Origin: the human T2T-CHM13v2.0 reference genome, Homo sapiens
Reading direction: 5' to 3' (one strand)
Length of the DNA: 64,000 bases
Assembly: GCF_009914755.1 (NCBI RefSeq)
Contig: NC_060927.1
In this document: piece by piece, positions 1 through 12,024 of the stretch
Position numbering within the stretch: position 1 is the first letter of the stretch
How the letters are laid out: every line of letters starts with the position of its first letter
Notes under the pieces: model-generated
What the model was told of the DNA's origin: nothing
Databases searched by the model: none
The model's input: the letters and a program-made list of their open reading frames with translations, nothing else
Position numbers and translations under genes: made by a program

Positions 1-814
1 ATTTGTTTGTAGATGCACACTCTCATGCACCACTACATCCTCAAGTGTATATAATACATCTAGAGAATAACTACCAATATTTTAAAATTAGAACTTTGCC
101 TTCCCTGTCATTCCATTTTTGGCAAGCATTTAAAATGTTGATTTTCTACAAACCTGAAGTGTGTTTGTTTTATTGCCAGAGAAATGTACAAGTTATATTA
201 GAGGCAAAAGATTAAGATAGTGTCTTTTACAAATAGGCCAACGAGATTGCCATGCTGGGATAGGCTCATTTCCAAAGGCTGTGCCATCATTCATGATGGC
301 TATAATCTGCCTGTGCTGACTGCCACCTATCACACTGCCAAGTGTTCCCTGGGCCAGATCATCACCACCAATGCTGAAAATCAAGTTTTAGTCTTCCTAA
401 TTTCCAAATTTCCATAAGTAGTGTCAACATTTTAAAATCTCTCCAAATAAAGTGGTCTTGCATGTGTGAAATCACAGAGTCAGAAAGAGCTTTATGATGT
501 TGCCTTCACAGAACCAGATGCAAATTAACATGGCATTGCTCTTAAAATGTAATGGTTGCTTCCAGTGCTGCGGCCTACAATTTGCGTCCCAGAATGGAAG
601 CTTCAGGGGCCCCTACTGTGAACACCAGCCACATGTCAAAATAACTGAGGTGACCTTTCAAAGCCACCAATTTTGTTTTCTCTTAAAAAATAAAAAAAGG
701 CTTTTCCTCATGCAGTATGACTAGTAGTCAAGCCAGGAGCTAATAAAAAAAAATCCTGGAAGAATATATAAATAGGAAACCAGAATTATAAATAGAATCA
801 AATAATTCTGTATT

Positions 815-1075
815 CAAAATTTGCTTTTGCCACTTACAAGCTGTAGACCCATGGGCAGAGACTGTTAGTGTTTAGTTCCTTTTCTGTTAAATACGATATG
901 AATTCTGGAGGTTAGCATTTATTGCACACTTACTATACTGACACATATGCAGAGTGATTTGTAGGTATTTTCTTATTTACTCCATTCAATGATTATAGAA
1001 TATTAATACTTTCCCCATTGTTTACAAAAATGGGCTTACAGAAGTTAAGCAAAAGCACAGGCAGAATTAAATAGT
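815..1075. mobile_element. MIR fragments (two, opposite orientation)
   Basis: GCCACTTACAAGCTGT..GGGCA core and ATTTATTGCACACTTACTAT...CCCATTGTTTACA...CAGAAGTTAAG resemble the MIR consensus; highly diverged. Confidence 0.6.
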
Positions 1076-1090
1076 AAATGCATAGTATAG

Positions 1091-3448
1091 CATATGAGTC
1101 AGTTCTCACACTGCTATAAAGAACTACCTAAGACTGGGTAATTTATAAAGAGGTTTAATTGACTCACAGTTCCACATGGCTGGGGAGGCCTCAGGAAACT
1201 TACCATCATGGTAGAAGGCAAAAGGGGAGCAAAGCACATTCTCCCATGGCAAAGCAGGAGAGAGAGAGAGAAACGAGAAGTGCCACACACTTTTATACAA
1301 ACAGATCTCCTGAGAACTCACTCACTATCACAAAAATAGCAACTGGGAAGTCTGCCCTGATAATTCAATCACCTCCTACCAGGCCCCTCCCCTGACACAT
1401 GGGGATTATAATTTGACATGAGATTAGAGTGACACAGAGCCAAATCATATCCTTCCACCCCTAGCCCCTCCCAAATCTTATGTCTTTCTCACATTTCAAA
1501 ACCAATCATGCCTTCCCAACAGTCCACCAAAGTCTTAACTCCTCCCAACATTGACTCAAAAGTCCAAATCCAAAGTCACATCTGAGATAAGGCAAGTCCA
1601 TTCTGCCTATGAGCTGATAAAATAAAAAACAAGTTCGTTGCTTCCAAGATACAATGAGGGTACAGGTATTGCATAAATGGTCCCACTCCAAATGGGAGAA
1701 ATTGGCCTAAACATAAAGGCTACAGGCCCTACGCAAATCAGAAACCCAGCAGGGCAGTCAAATCTTAAAGGTCCAAAATAATCTCCTTTGACTCCATGTC
1801 TGACAACCAGGGCATGCTAATTCAAGAGGTGGACACCCAATGCCTTGGACTGCTCCACACCTGTGGCTCTGCAGGATAAAGCCCTGTTTTCACAGGCTGG
1901 TGTTGAGTGCCTGTGGCCTTCTAGGCACATGGTGCAAGCTGCCCATGGGTCTACCATTCTGGGGTCTGGAGGTCAGTGGCCCTCTTCCCACAGCTCTACT
2001 AGGCAGTGCCCAAGTGGAGATTCTGTGTGGGGGCTCCAACATCACATTTCCCCTCCACACTGCCCTAGTAGAGGTTCTCCACGAGGGCTCCAAACCTACC
2101 ACAGACTTCAGCCTGGTCATCCAGGCATTTCCACACATCCTCTGAAATCTAGGCAGAGGTTCCCAAACCTCAGTTCTTGCCTTCTGCACACCCAAAGACC
2201 CAACACCACATGGAAGCCACCATGGCTTCAGGCTTGCAGCCTTTGAAGCCACAGCCTCTGAAGCCACAGCCTGAGCTGTACATTGGCTCCTTTTGGCCAC
2301 AACTAGAGTTGGAGCGTCTAGGACACTGGGTACTATGCCCTGAGGCAGCATAGAGCAGTAAAGCCCTGGGCCTGGCCCACAAACCCATTTTTCCCTTCTG
2401 GGCCTCCAGGCCTGTGATGGGAAGGACTGCTATGAAGATCTCTCACATGCCGTGTAGACATTTTCTCCATTGTCTTGGCTATTAACACTTGGCTTCTCTT
2501 AGGCAAATTTCTGCAGCTGGCTTGAATTTCTTCCCCAGAAAATTTGTTTTTCTTTTCTACCACATAGTCAGGCTGCAAATTTACCAAACTTTTCTGCTCT
2601 GCTTCCCTTTTAAACGTAAGTTCCAATGTCAGATCATCTCTTTGTGAATACATATGACTGTATGCTGTCAGGACCAGCCAGGTCACCTCTTGAATGCTTT
2701 GCTGCTTAGAAATTTCTTCCACCGGATACCCTAAATTATCTCTCTCAAGTTCGAAGTTCCACAAATCGCTATGGTAGGGGCAAAATGCCACCAGTCTCTT
2801 TGCTAAAGCATAGCAAGAGTGACCTTTACTTCAGTTCCCAATACATTTGACATCTCCATTTGAGACCACCTCAACCTGGATTTCATTGTCTGTATTACTA
2901 TCAGCATTTTGGTGAAAGCCATTCAACAAGACTCTAGGAAGTTCCAAACCTTCCCACATCTTTTTATCTTCTTCTTAGCCCTCCAAACTGTTCCAACCTC
3001 TGCGTGTTACCCAGTTCCAAAATCGCTTTCACATTTTCAGGTATCTTTATAGCTGTACCCCATTCCCAGTACCAATTTTCTGTATTAGTCCATTTTCACA
3101 CCACTATAAAGAACTACCTGAGACTGGGTAATTTACAAAGAAAAGAGGTTTAATTGACTCACAGTTCTACGTGACTGGGGAGGACTCAGCAAACTTATCA
3201 TGGTGGAATGCAAAGGGGAAGCAAGTCACGTCTTACATGGCAGAGCAGAAGAGAGAGACAGAAAGAAATAGGAAGTTCCACACACTTTCAAACAACCAGA
3301 TCTCATGAGAACTCACTCACTATCATTAGAATAGCAAGGGGAAGTTCGTCCCATGATTCAATCTCCTCCCACAAGGCCCCTCCCCTGACACATGGGGATT
3401 ACAATTTGACATGAGATTTGGGTGGGGACACAGAGCCAAGCCATATTA
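1091..3448 (-). mobile_element. Full-length MaLR provirus (MSTA/THE1D-type): LTR ~1091-1451, internal ~1452-3080, LTR 3081-3448
   Basis: Two homologous LTRs (TGTATTAGTCC...CACTATAAAGAACTACCTGAGACTGGGTAATTT...GCCATATTA) flank MST-int sequence; 5-bp TSD TATAG at 1086-1090 and 3449-3453. Confidence 0.93.
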
Positions 3449-3679
3449 TATAGCAATTGGTTCATAGCAGGCGTTCAGGAAATACTAGTTTAGGAGATTC
3501 CATTCTTCCACTACTTAAAATTCTTCTTAAGCTGCTCATACTAATGTCATTCAGTGTTGGTCTTCTAAAAATATTAGTTCAGCCATCTTTAGCTTATGGA
3601 TCTGACTATTCCAGTTACTTTCAATTTCAAGGAGTCCAATATATGTTGCAAAACCAGACCCCTTGCACATTAATTTATT

Positions 3680-3888
3680 ACAAAATATTTACTGATCATC
3701 TGTAGTATGTTAGGCAAGGGAAACTTAGTAGAGCAAAAAATAGTTGAGCTCCTTGCTCTCATGGAACTTAATTCGAGCAGGGAAAATGGAAAACAAATGA
3801 AAGAAATGAGACATAAACAAGGCTGAATGCTGACAATGGGAGAGAGTGCCACTTCAGATGCATGGCCAGGGAAGACTTCATTTAGGGA
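3680..3888 (-). mobile_element. L2 3' fragment
   Basis: AAATATTTACTGA...CCTTGCTCTCATGGAACTTA is the typical reverse-strand L2 3' end. Confidence 0.65.
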
Positions 3889-4326
3889 TGTATTATAAGT
3901 TTGCCAAGGCTACACAGGAAAGTAGCAAAAACCAGGTGGCTTAAAAAACAGAAATGTATTGTCTCACAGTTCTGGAGGTTAGAAGTCCTAGATTAAGCCG
4001 TCATCCTGCATGGTTGGTTTTTTTCTGAGGGCTGTGATGAAGACTGTTCCAGGTCTCTCTCCTAGCTTCTGGTAGCCTCAGGCACTCGACCTGTAGACTG
4101 CACCCTCCACGTGTCTTCACTGTCTTTCCCCTATCCTTAGATCCATGTCCAAGTCTCCCTTTTTATAAGGACACCACTCATATTGAGTTAGAGTCCACCC
4201 TAATGGCCTCATTTTAACTTCATCATCTGTAAAGACCCTATTTCCAAATTAGGTCACATCCACAAATACTGTGGGTTAGGACTTCAACATCTTTGGTGGG
4301 GGGCAGATAAAATCCAACTCATAACA
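3889..4326 (-). mobile_element. MLT1 (B/C-like) solo LTR
   Basis: GGCTTAAAAAACAGAAATGTATTGTCTCACAGTTCTGGAGG...AAGACCCTATTTCCAAATTAGGTCAC...CATAACA. Confidence 0.85.
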
Positions 4327-4439
4327 GAGGGTGAGATTTAAAATATGTGCCAAAGAATAAATACCTGTTTGGTGAGGGAGAAGCATGCTAGGTAGAGAAG
4401 GAGTAAAAAGGACTTAAAAGTACTCACTAAAAACAGGTA

Positions 4440-5175
4440 ACAAAATGTTCACATAGCACTAATAAGAAACCCAAATTGGAAACTAACCAAATGCTTATCA
4501 GCAATTGGATGAATACACTGTAGTACAGTCACACAATGGAAAACTATTCAGCAAGATTCAGCAAACCACAGATCTTGGGCCAAATGTAGACCACTGCTGG
4601 TTATTGTAAATAAAGTTGCATTGGAACGCAGTCGCTACCTCAATTCATTTATACATTATATATAGCTGTTTTCACTCTATAACTCAGTTGAGCAGTTGTG
4701 GCAGACACCACATGACCCAAAAAACTGAAATTATTTACTATCTGCCCCGTTTTAAAAAAACATAGTTTTCTTACCTCTACTTATAGCAGATAAAAGATCA
4801 TTTAGGAATATTACACAATAACATGAATGAATCTCACAGGCAGATACAATTTCATGCCAAACAAGTTCAACACAGAAGATTAGATAATATACGACCTATT
4901 TATAATAAAAAAATAAACAAGCAAAAGTAATTTCTGTGGTTAGAAGTCACAACGGTGATTATTCTTGCTGGGATAAAGTTACTAGAAGGGAGGTAGTGAC
5001 AGGAGAGTGTAGGGTGGTGGGGTAGGAGAGCAGGGGACAGGGGGTTTGGGGTTTCCAGGAATGATTGTTCGGTTTCTTTATCCAGGTGCTTGTTACATGG
5101 ATGTGTTCCATTTCAGTTTGTGAAAATTCATGGAGATTTGTACTTATACTCAATTTTGTGTCCCTATATAGTAAA
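4440..5175 (+). mobile_element. Old L1M(E) 3' fragment, interrupted by MER58
   Basis: CCCAAATTGGAAACTAACCAAATG, ACATGAATGAATCTCACA and GTTAGAAGTCA L1M 3' motifs. Confidence 0.7.
4555..4780. mobile_element. MER58A (hAT-Charlie MITE)
   Basis: GTAAATAAAGTTGCATTGGAAC...TCATTTATACATT...AAATTATTTACTATCTGCCC. Confidence 0.8.
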
Positions 5176-5324
5176 ACGTTGTTTTTATATTTTAAATATT
5201 AAAAGTAAATAAAGATAGCAAGCTTTGTATATTTCTAGAACTAAAAAGAGGCTGACCTTGGATATTTGAAACATTAGATATATTGGAATTAAGATTTTAA
5301 TTTGTGTGATTGCTGTTCTTTATT

Positions 5325-5553
5325 CAGAGCTGAAAAAAAAAGAACTTTCCTCAATGATGGACATGTTCTACTTGGGGCTGTCTAATTCAGCAACCACTAG
5401 TCATATGTGTCTGTTGAGCACTTGAAATGTAACTGCTGTAACTGAGCAACTAAATTTAAATTTTATTTAATTTTATGTAGTTATTTTAATTAGTTCAATT
5501 TTAATTTATTTAAATTTAATTAGTTTAATTTAGCCCCATGTGGATGGTGGCTA
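5325..5553. mobile_element. MER3 (hAT-Charlie MITE)
   Basis: AGAACTTTCCTCAATGATGGA...CCACTAGTCATATGTG..TTGAGCACTTGAAATGT...AT-rich tract...CATGTGGATGGTGGCTACTGT. Confidence 0.8.
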
Positions 5554-7102
5554 CTGTCTCGCAGGCACAGCTGTCTCTATCCTATGGCACAACTCTCTAT
5601 ATCCCATGCATTCTCCTCACCTTGATCTAACCCCCACATCCTTTCTCAGGTTCATGCTGTGTAATATCTAGAAAAATAAAAATAATCTCAGGTTCTATCA
5701 TACTCCAAAAACAAGTGCATCTAATGTTTTTAGGAAATCTAAAATTGCTTTTCTAATTTGTGCATGTTTTATTTTCATAGGGTGTAAACTGAATGACTAA
5801 TAAAGAGCATAGATTTAATGGTTCCTTGGGTTTATTAGCTAACACACTTGACTTTAAGATTCTCTTGCCTATTACAACTTTATAAATCTTTTTAAAAGGG
5901 TGTTGTTTTAATGTTGTATATCTGTACAGATACAGGAAATGGAAAAAAATTACCTTCTGAATCAGTTGTGCCCTCAATTGCAGTAGTGTTAATTTGAGGC
6001 ATCTTCTCTTTGGTGCCAAGAAAATAACAGATAATAGATATTGTACATTGAAAAGAAAGTTATGGTGTTCAGAAAGGCCAAATCAATGGAAAATTCTAAG
6101 CTTTATGTGGATAATATACCTCAAACATACCTTTTATGGACATTTGTAAAAGTATTTTAATGATATTTTTAGGTGTTTTATGTTTCCAAAACACATACAG
6201 TAATCATAAAATGTTCATTCAAACATCATTTCAAATATAGACACAAACACATTTATAAAAACAAGGAAAGAGAACTATTCAAATTTGGAATAGCCAATCA
6301 TGTTACTATGAGGGTTTACCACTTCGAAGTTGTCAGCTTAAAGATACACTTCTGATTTGGGACAGACTTTTTTAATATAAAAGTTTAAATTAAGATAATC
6401 TATTAAATTATAACTCCTTGAATCAAAAAAAAATCCAATGAAATCACCTTTGGAAGAGTTCATTTTTTAGATTAAAGGCAAATGACAAAAGTAAAGAAGT
6501 TAACACCATAAATGTATCTAAATAACTCTTATTGTCTTATATATGTCTATAAATAAATAGTGATATATGAGAATCAGTTGGTAGTTCTTTTTCTGATACT
6601 CTAAAATATTTAAGTGTCCTCTAAGCAAAAAGATTAAAATGCTGCTTCATAAAGTTTGTTATAGGAGTCATATTGTGCTTCAATTTTTAAAAATCAGCTT
6701 GTTTCTGTGGTGCTCATTATGGGTGAAAATTTTGTGTTATGTCAAATTCATTAACCATGTCCTGACCACCATGTACTAACAGGAAAGTGGTGGGGTGGCG
6801 GGGAGTGCACACGCATGTTCATGTTCACTCAGGGGATCGCATGTATATATTTATGGTTATGTGGAAACAGTGATTACTTTCTGTATTTTTAGGTGTGGTG
6901 GGAAAAACTGACGAATGATCTGTCTCTAGAAGTTCTGATAATACATGCAGTCTATTGATAGAGAAGGACTTCCCAGATGAACTGAAGCATTTTTTAGCAT
7001 CAGTTTATAATTCTCTGACTCCATCTTCAAGCACACTTAGAATAGATTGGATGCAGTTGGATCCCATTATATAATCCATTAGTGATTAAAAATGGGTTAG
7101 CA

Positions 7103-7392
7103 GGCCAGGTGTGGTGGCTCATACCTGTAATCCCAGCACTTTGGGATGCTGAGGTGGGTGGATCGCTTGAGGTCAGGAGTTAGAGACCAGTCTGGCCAAG
7201 ATGGTGAAACCCTGTCTCTACTAAAAATACAAAAATTAGCCAGGCATGATGGCAGGTGCCTGTAATCCCAGCCACTCAGGAGGCTGAGCCAGGAGAATCC
7301 CTTGAACCCAAGGGGCGGAGGATGCAGTGAGCCAAGATCGCACCACTGCACTCCAGCCTGGGCGACAGAGCAAGACTGTATCTCAATAAAAA
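7103..7392 (+). mobile_element. AluS (Sz/Sx-like), full length
   Basis: GGCCAGGTGTGGTGGCTCA start, middle A-rich linker, short A tail. Confidence 0.95.
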
Positions 7393-9910
7393 AGGGGGGG
7401 TTAAAAGTCCTTATTTTTTTTCTGAAATGACCAATTTACTGTTATGAACCATTCAAGGAGTGCTGGTGAATATCACGGAGCCAGTGAACAGGCCAAAGAA
7501 CGTATATGTGTCAGAACCCAGGACTGCCTAAGAGTGTGGATGCACTAGCAAGCTAATTACAAACATTTATTTTTTAAATGTAGTTTCCTATATTTTCCTA
7601 GAGCCACCAAAGCACACAGACAGGGATTCCATCTAATATAGTGATTCCTAGTTTGCTCCCTATTCTGTGAAAATAAAAGGCAAATTCTGATATATGCACA
7701 ACTTTGTTACATAATTCAGTTATTTATCTTGTTTTGGTAACATGTTTCATTCAGATATTTGCACACATGTTAAGGCCCATTGCCCAAACAAATCAGAAAA
7801 TTAAAATTATGGGAAGACATATTTGAGCTGATGAATAATAGGGAATTGAAATATCGCATATGGCAGCATATTGAGACCATGCTACTTAACTATAAAGATT
7901 CATGTATCCTTTGGTGTAGTCTGAATAAATTGGTCTAAAAGTAGAGATGTTTGCCTGAACCATTCTCTTCTGAGAGAAGATTTCAAGCTTTCCTCTCTGA
8001 AGGTGAATTCACTTGGACGACCCCATACACTCCCTCTCTGTGTCATGGCTTGCTCTCTTCCTTTAACCTCTTCAACTTTTATCCATACTTGCATCTCAAG
8101 TGAATACTACTAAAAGTGTTTTGTGATCCTTTGCCTTCTTGATCTCTTGTTTTTATTACATACTTTAGGCACACAATCTAATTCATGCATTATTTTCTGG
8201 GAAATTATTCTGTAAACATCAGATTTCTCTTGCATACCAAATTATAAACTTGACTGAGAGTTGTATACTAAAAGTGATCCTTATCTGATACATGTGTAGG
8301 TTTGGTTATTTATTTTTATTTTTTACTTATCTCCATTTTTTTTTGTCTAAAGAATCCAGGTATGACCACAGTATTTACTTGTGTTCTTTCGTAGCACTTG
8401 AAATGGTGCTAGGATCAGAGCAGCAATCAATAAAAGATAATAATATTTCCACTGAGAGAAACAGGAGTAAAACATGAGCACCAAAATCCCTCCAGGCTTC
8501 ATCCATGACAAGCCATTGGAGATAGCATGGCCCAGTGGAGAAATTTATGGCAAACACAAAGTATTTGCTCTGTGCAGAAATGCCCTAGTCCCTTTCTGCT
8601 CAATGGAGATGTCAATTATTTACATAAACATCATATAACAACTTATTGACTTCAAGATTGTAAAGTACCCTATTAATGTTTTAAGCATTTCCCTTTATTT
8701 TAACACAAGTAAATTATTTAGGCAATGTTAAAATGTTTTATGCTTTGACTAATGAGTAGAGAAAGTATATGTCATATCTTATTTTAATTGGCTGTTTACC
8801 TTATCCTGTGGAAATTATCCATTTATTATTTCAGACATAATTTACTATGCATATACTCCCTGACAGATCTATATGCCATTTTTACACTTGATCTAATCAT
8901 TAAGACACATAACTGTGCAGATAATTGTTACTTGGAAATTGTTACTTTTTCTTCAGCTATGTTTCCACCAAGAGGCAATGCCAAATTTTTAAACTGTCTA
9001 TTTCCTTCATGTAATTGACTTGGCTCTTTGTAGAGAAGGCTTGTCATAGGTTTCTCACCACCTTACATTTTCAGATGACATGTTTTACTAGTATAAAGTA
9101 GATCACAACAATAATAAGTTCATAGATGAAGTTCATAAACTAATATCTCCCCAGTCAGGCTTTGTCTTCCATAGCTGTGTGGACTCTACAGGAAAGAAAT
9201 GACTCCAAAAGCAATACCCCATGTGTCATCCTCATAATTCATCTCAATTCCATCCTATCAATTAAAGATATTCCCTATGATAAAACGGACTTTGATTCAA
9301 GGCTTCCAGCTATTTTTAAGAGTTGTATTAGTGGCATATAAAATGAAAGCTCATTCACCTCCTCCTTCTGTCTTTGTGTAGCAACTCATATTTGTGCAGT
9401 TCATAAAGGTTTATTTAGTAAATGTAGTCCTCACAACACCGGTGTGAAATGGGCAGAACAAGAGTAGCTCTATTTTCCACAAGATTCAGATCAAAACTAT
9501 GTCTTCTAATGCCTGTATAACTTTTTGGAAGACAATACACAGAAAAAGAAGTAATTTCATCTCTAAAGAAAAACATTCTGCAACTCCTACTGGCAACTAA
9601 TGAAAGTCAAGGGTTTCCATTTCAAGGGTCTTCAGACTATAGTTTCTTGGTAATATAAATAATTAAATCATGAATTAAAACAACTATAATACATGTATAA
9701 AAATATTTTTCCTTCTTAGATGGAAAATGTCTCCTACTGTGAAGTACACAAAATCTTTAGTTATTGTAGTTAAATCTCAAATGCCTAAAAAAGGTCACAT
9801 AAAAAGTAAGAGGGTTGGGTGTAATACAGTGGAAGGTGCATGCATTTATAGTTATCTAGGGCAAACAAGTCTCATTTAAGAGTTTTCACAGGTACACTTT
9901 TTAAAAACAC

Positions 9911-11171
9911 TACACAATCATGTTCCTAGGTATTTACCCAAATGAGCTGAAAACACATGTTCACACAAAAACCTGGACATGGATATTCATAGAAGCTTTA
10001 TTCATAATTGCCAAAACTTGAAAGCAACCAAAATGCCCTTCAGTATATGAATAGACAAGTAAACTGGGACACGTAGACAATGGAATATTATTCAGCACTC
10101 AAAAGAAATGAGCTATCAAGCCATGAATAAACATGGACAAACTCAAATACATATTTCTGAGTGAAAGAAGCCAATGAGAAAGGCTACACATCAATGATTC
10201 CAACTAGATGACACTCTGGAAAATACAAAACTATGGAGACAGTAAAAAGATCAGTGGTTGCCAGAGCTTAGGGACTAAGGAGGGATGAACAGGAGGAGAG
10301 CACACGATTTTAGGGCAGTGAAACGCCTCTGTATGATGCTATAATTGTTACAGTGGGGAGCTAGTTGGGGATGAGTAAGGCAGGAAAGGGCTCCCCGACC
10401 CACCCACACACATACCAGAAGTGTTGGGTGACCATGGGGTGATGGTCAGACGGTTGTTAACTGTCTCTCTAAAGTAATAACTGCTCACAGCTGGCACCAG
10501 GGAAAGGCAGTCTCCTAATAGATAAAAAACGCCTGAAACTGGTGATCAGCAACTTCCCAATAAGATCTCCAGAGTTGGGAGAAGTGACACAAACCACACA
10601 AGTATACCAACACGTAAAACCCCAAGTCAAAAGGTCAAACCACACAGTTGTCTTTCAAGTTGCCTGCTTGGCGATCTTCCACGTGTACTTTCCTTTCTCT
10701 GATTCTTGCTCTAAAACTTTTTAATAACCTTTCTCTCCTGCTCTAAAACTTGCCTCGGTCTCTCCTTCTGCCTTATGCCCCTCGTAAAATTCTTTCTTCT
10801 TAGGAGCAGGAACTGAGGTTGTTGCAGACCCATATGGATACAAATATTTTCTACCACTAACATGCCGTGTGACTCAGGTAACTTCCACTGTTAACATAAT
10901 GGTGGATGCACGACATTATATATTTGTTCAGACCAACAGAATGTATACGCCATGAGTGAATTCTAATGTATGCTATGGACGTTGGGTGATAATGACATTT
11001 CTGTGTAGGTTCAATAAGTGCGACAAGTGTATCATTCTGGTGAGGGGTATTAATAGTCAGGTAGGCTGTGGGTGGTCAGGGAAAGATATATGGGAAATCT
11101 TTGTAATTTAGCTCAACTTTTCTGTGAACTTAAAACTGCTCTATAAATAAAATTTATTCAAAATTAAAATA
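9911..11171 (+). mobile_element. L1MC-type 3' end, split by an ERV1 LTR
   Basis: CTAGGTATTTACCCAAATGAG...ACTATGGAGACAGTAAAAAGATCAGTGGTTGCCAG...TGTGAACTTAAAACTGCTCTA; AAAAACAC on both sides is a possible TSD. Confidence 0.88.
10346..10896 (+). mobile_element. ERV1 solo LTR (MER50/MER83-like)
   Basis: TG...CA termini; 4-bp TSD TAAT (10342-10345, 10897-10900); removing it restores the L1 sequence GATGCTATAATGGTGGAT. Confidence 0.85.
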
Positions 11172-11413
11172 AAAAACACAGTAGTCACCAAAGAGAACCT
11201 ACAAGCTCTCTGGTGATTAACCTCTAGCTAGAATCTAAGTGAAAAATGGATTTCTGTCTTACCTCAGGATAGAAGAATCCACCTTTCTCTTCTATTTAAT
11301 GGGTATAAAATTATTTGAGAAATAGCTTATGAAATTTAAAAAAAAAAACAACTTATAGCAGGTAAAGTTATCATTTGGGAGTAAAACTGAGTGGCTTTTA
11401 AGAACTACAAAAG

Positions 11414-11446
11414 ATCTCTTTTCAGCCTTTTGCCTAAGATCAAGTG
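11414..11446 (+). pseudogene. Tailless U2 snRNA retropseudogene (U2 nt 1-33)
   Basis: ATCTCTTTTCAGCCTTTTGCCTAAGATCAAGTG matches U2 ATCGCTTCTCGGCCTTTTGGCTAAGATCAAGTG at 29/33; perfect 14-bp TSD AAGAACTACAAAAG (11400-11413, 11447-11460). Confidence 0.93.
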
Positions 11447-11758
11447 AAGAACTACAAAAGGCTTAAAATTCTTTCCAGGTATTTTAGGAATCACTAAAGT
11501 GCATAAGGACAAGACTTTTATTTTTCAAAAGGAAGAACAAAAAAAAACATCAATTGCTTGTACCTGCTTAGGGAGAATAAATCTCTCAGTGTTAAATTAA
11601 ATCTAGCTAGTATCAGAAGTTTTTGCAGATATTTAACCTTACAATTTAAATGTTCACTGAAGGACTTCTTGAAACATTAGAAGGAAGAGACCTCTCCTTG
11701 CCCCAAAGTCCAATTTCTTTGAAGGTTATATAGAGTTTCACATTTCTATAGAATGTGA

Positions 11759-11804
11759 AACTCAATTTTGAAAAACAAAATAACTCAATTTTGAAAAACA
11801 AAAT
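11759..11804. repeat. Perfect 23-bp tandem duplication
   Basis: AACTCAATTTTGAAAAACAAAAT x2. Confidence 0.95.
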
Positions 11805-12024
11805 GAATACTGAATCAAGCGTAAATAGTCAAAAGTGAGAGAAAGTTAAAGGTGTACATGGTGTGATATCTTTGTATAGCACAGAGGGTGATATAATGGT
11901 ATTTGCATTCAAACAAAAATGGGCTCAAACTCAGCCTCTCCTCCTTGCTTACATCGTAACACTGGGTAACTTACCCACCCACGTGGAGCCTCCTTAGCCT
12001 CCACCAGAACACTGTGAACACAAT

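Noticed and set aside
193-724. ORFs and exon-like stretches at the window start
   Set aside because: No recognisable protein similarity; splice donors are weak
1840-2791. Overlapping 100-153 aa ORFs
   Set aside because: All lie in MaLR internal sequence; decayed retroelement frames, not host genes
6295-6360. Possible C/D snoRNA ending in CTGA
   Set aside because: No convincing C box (RTGATGA) or terminal stem
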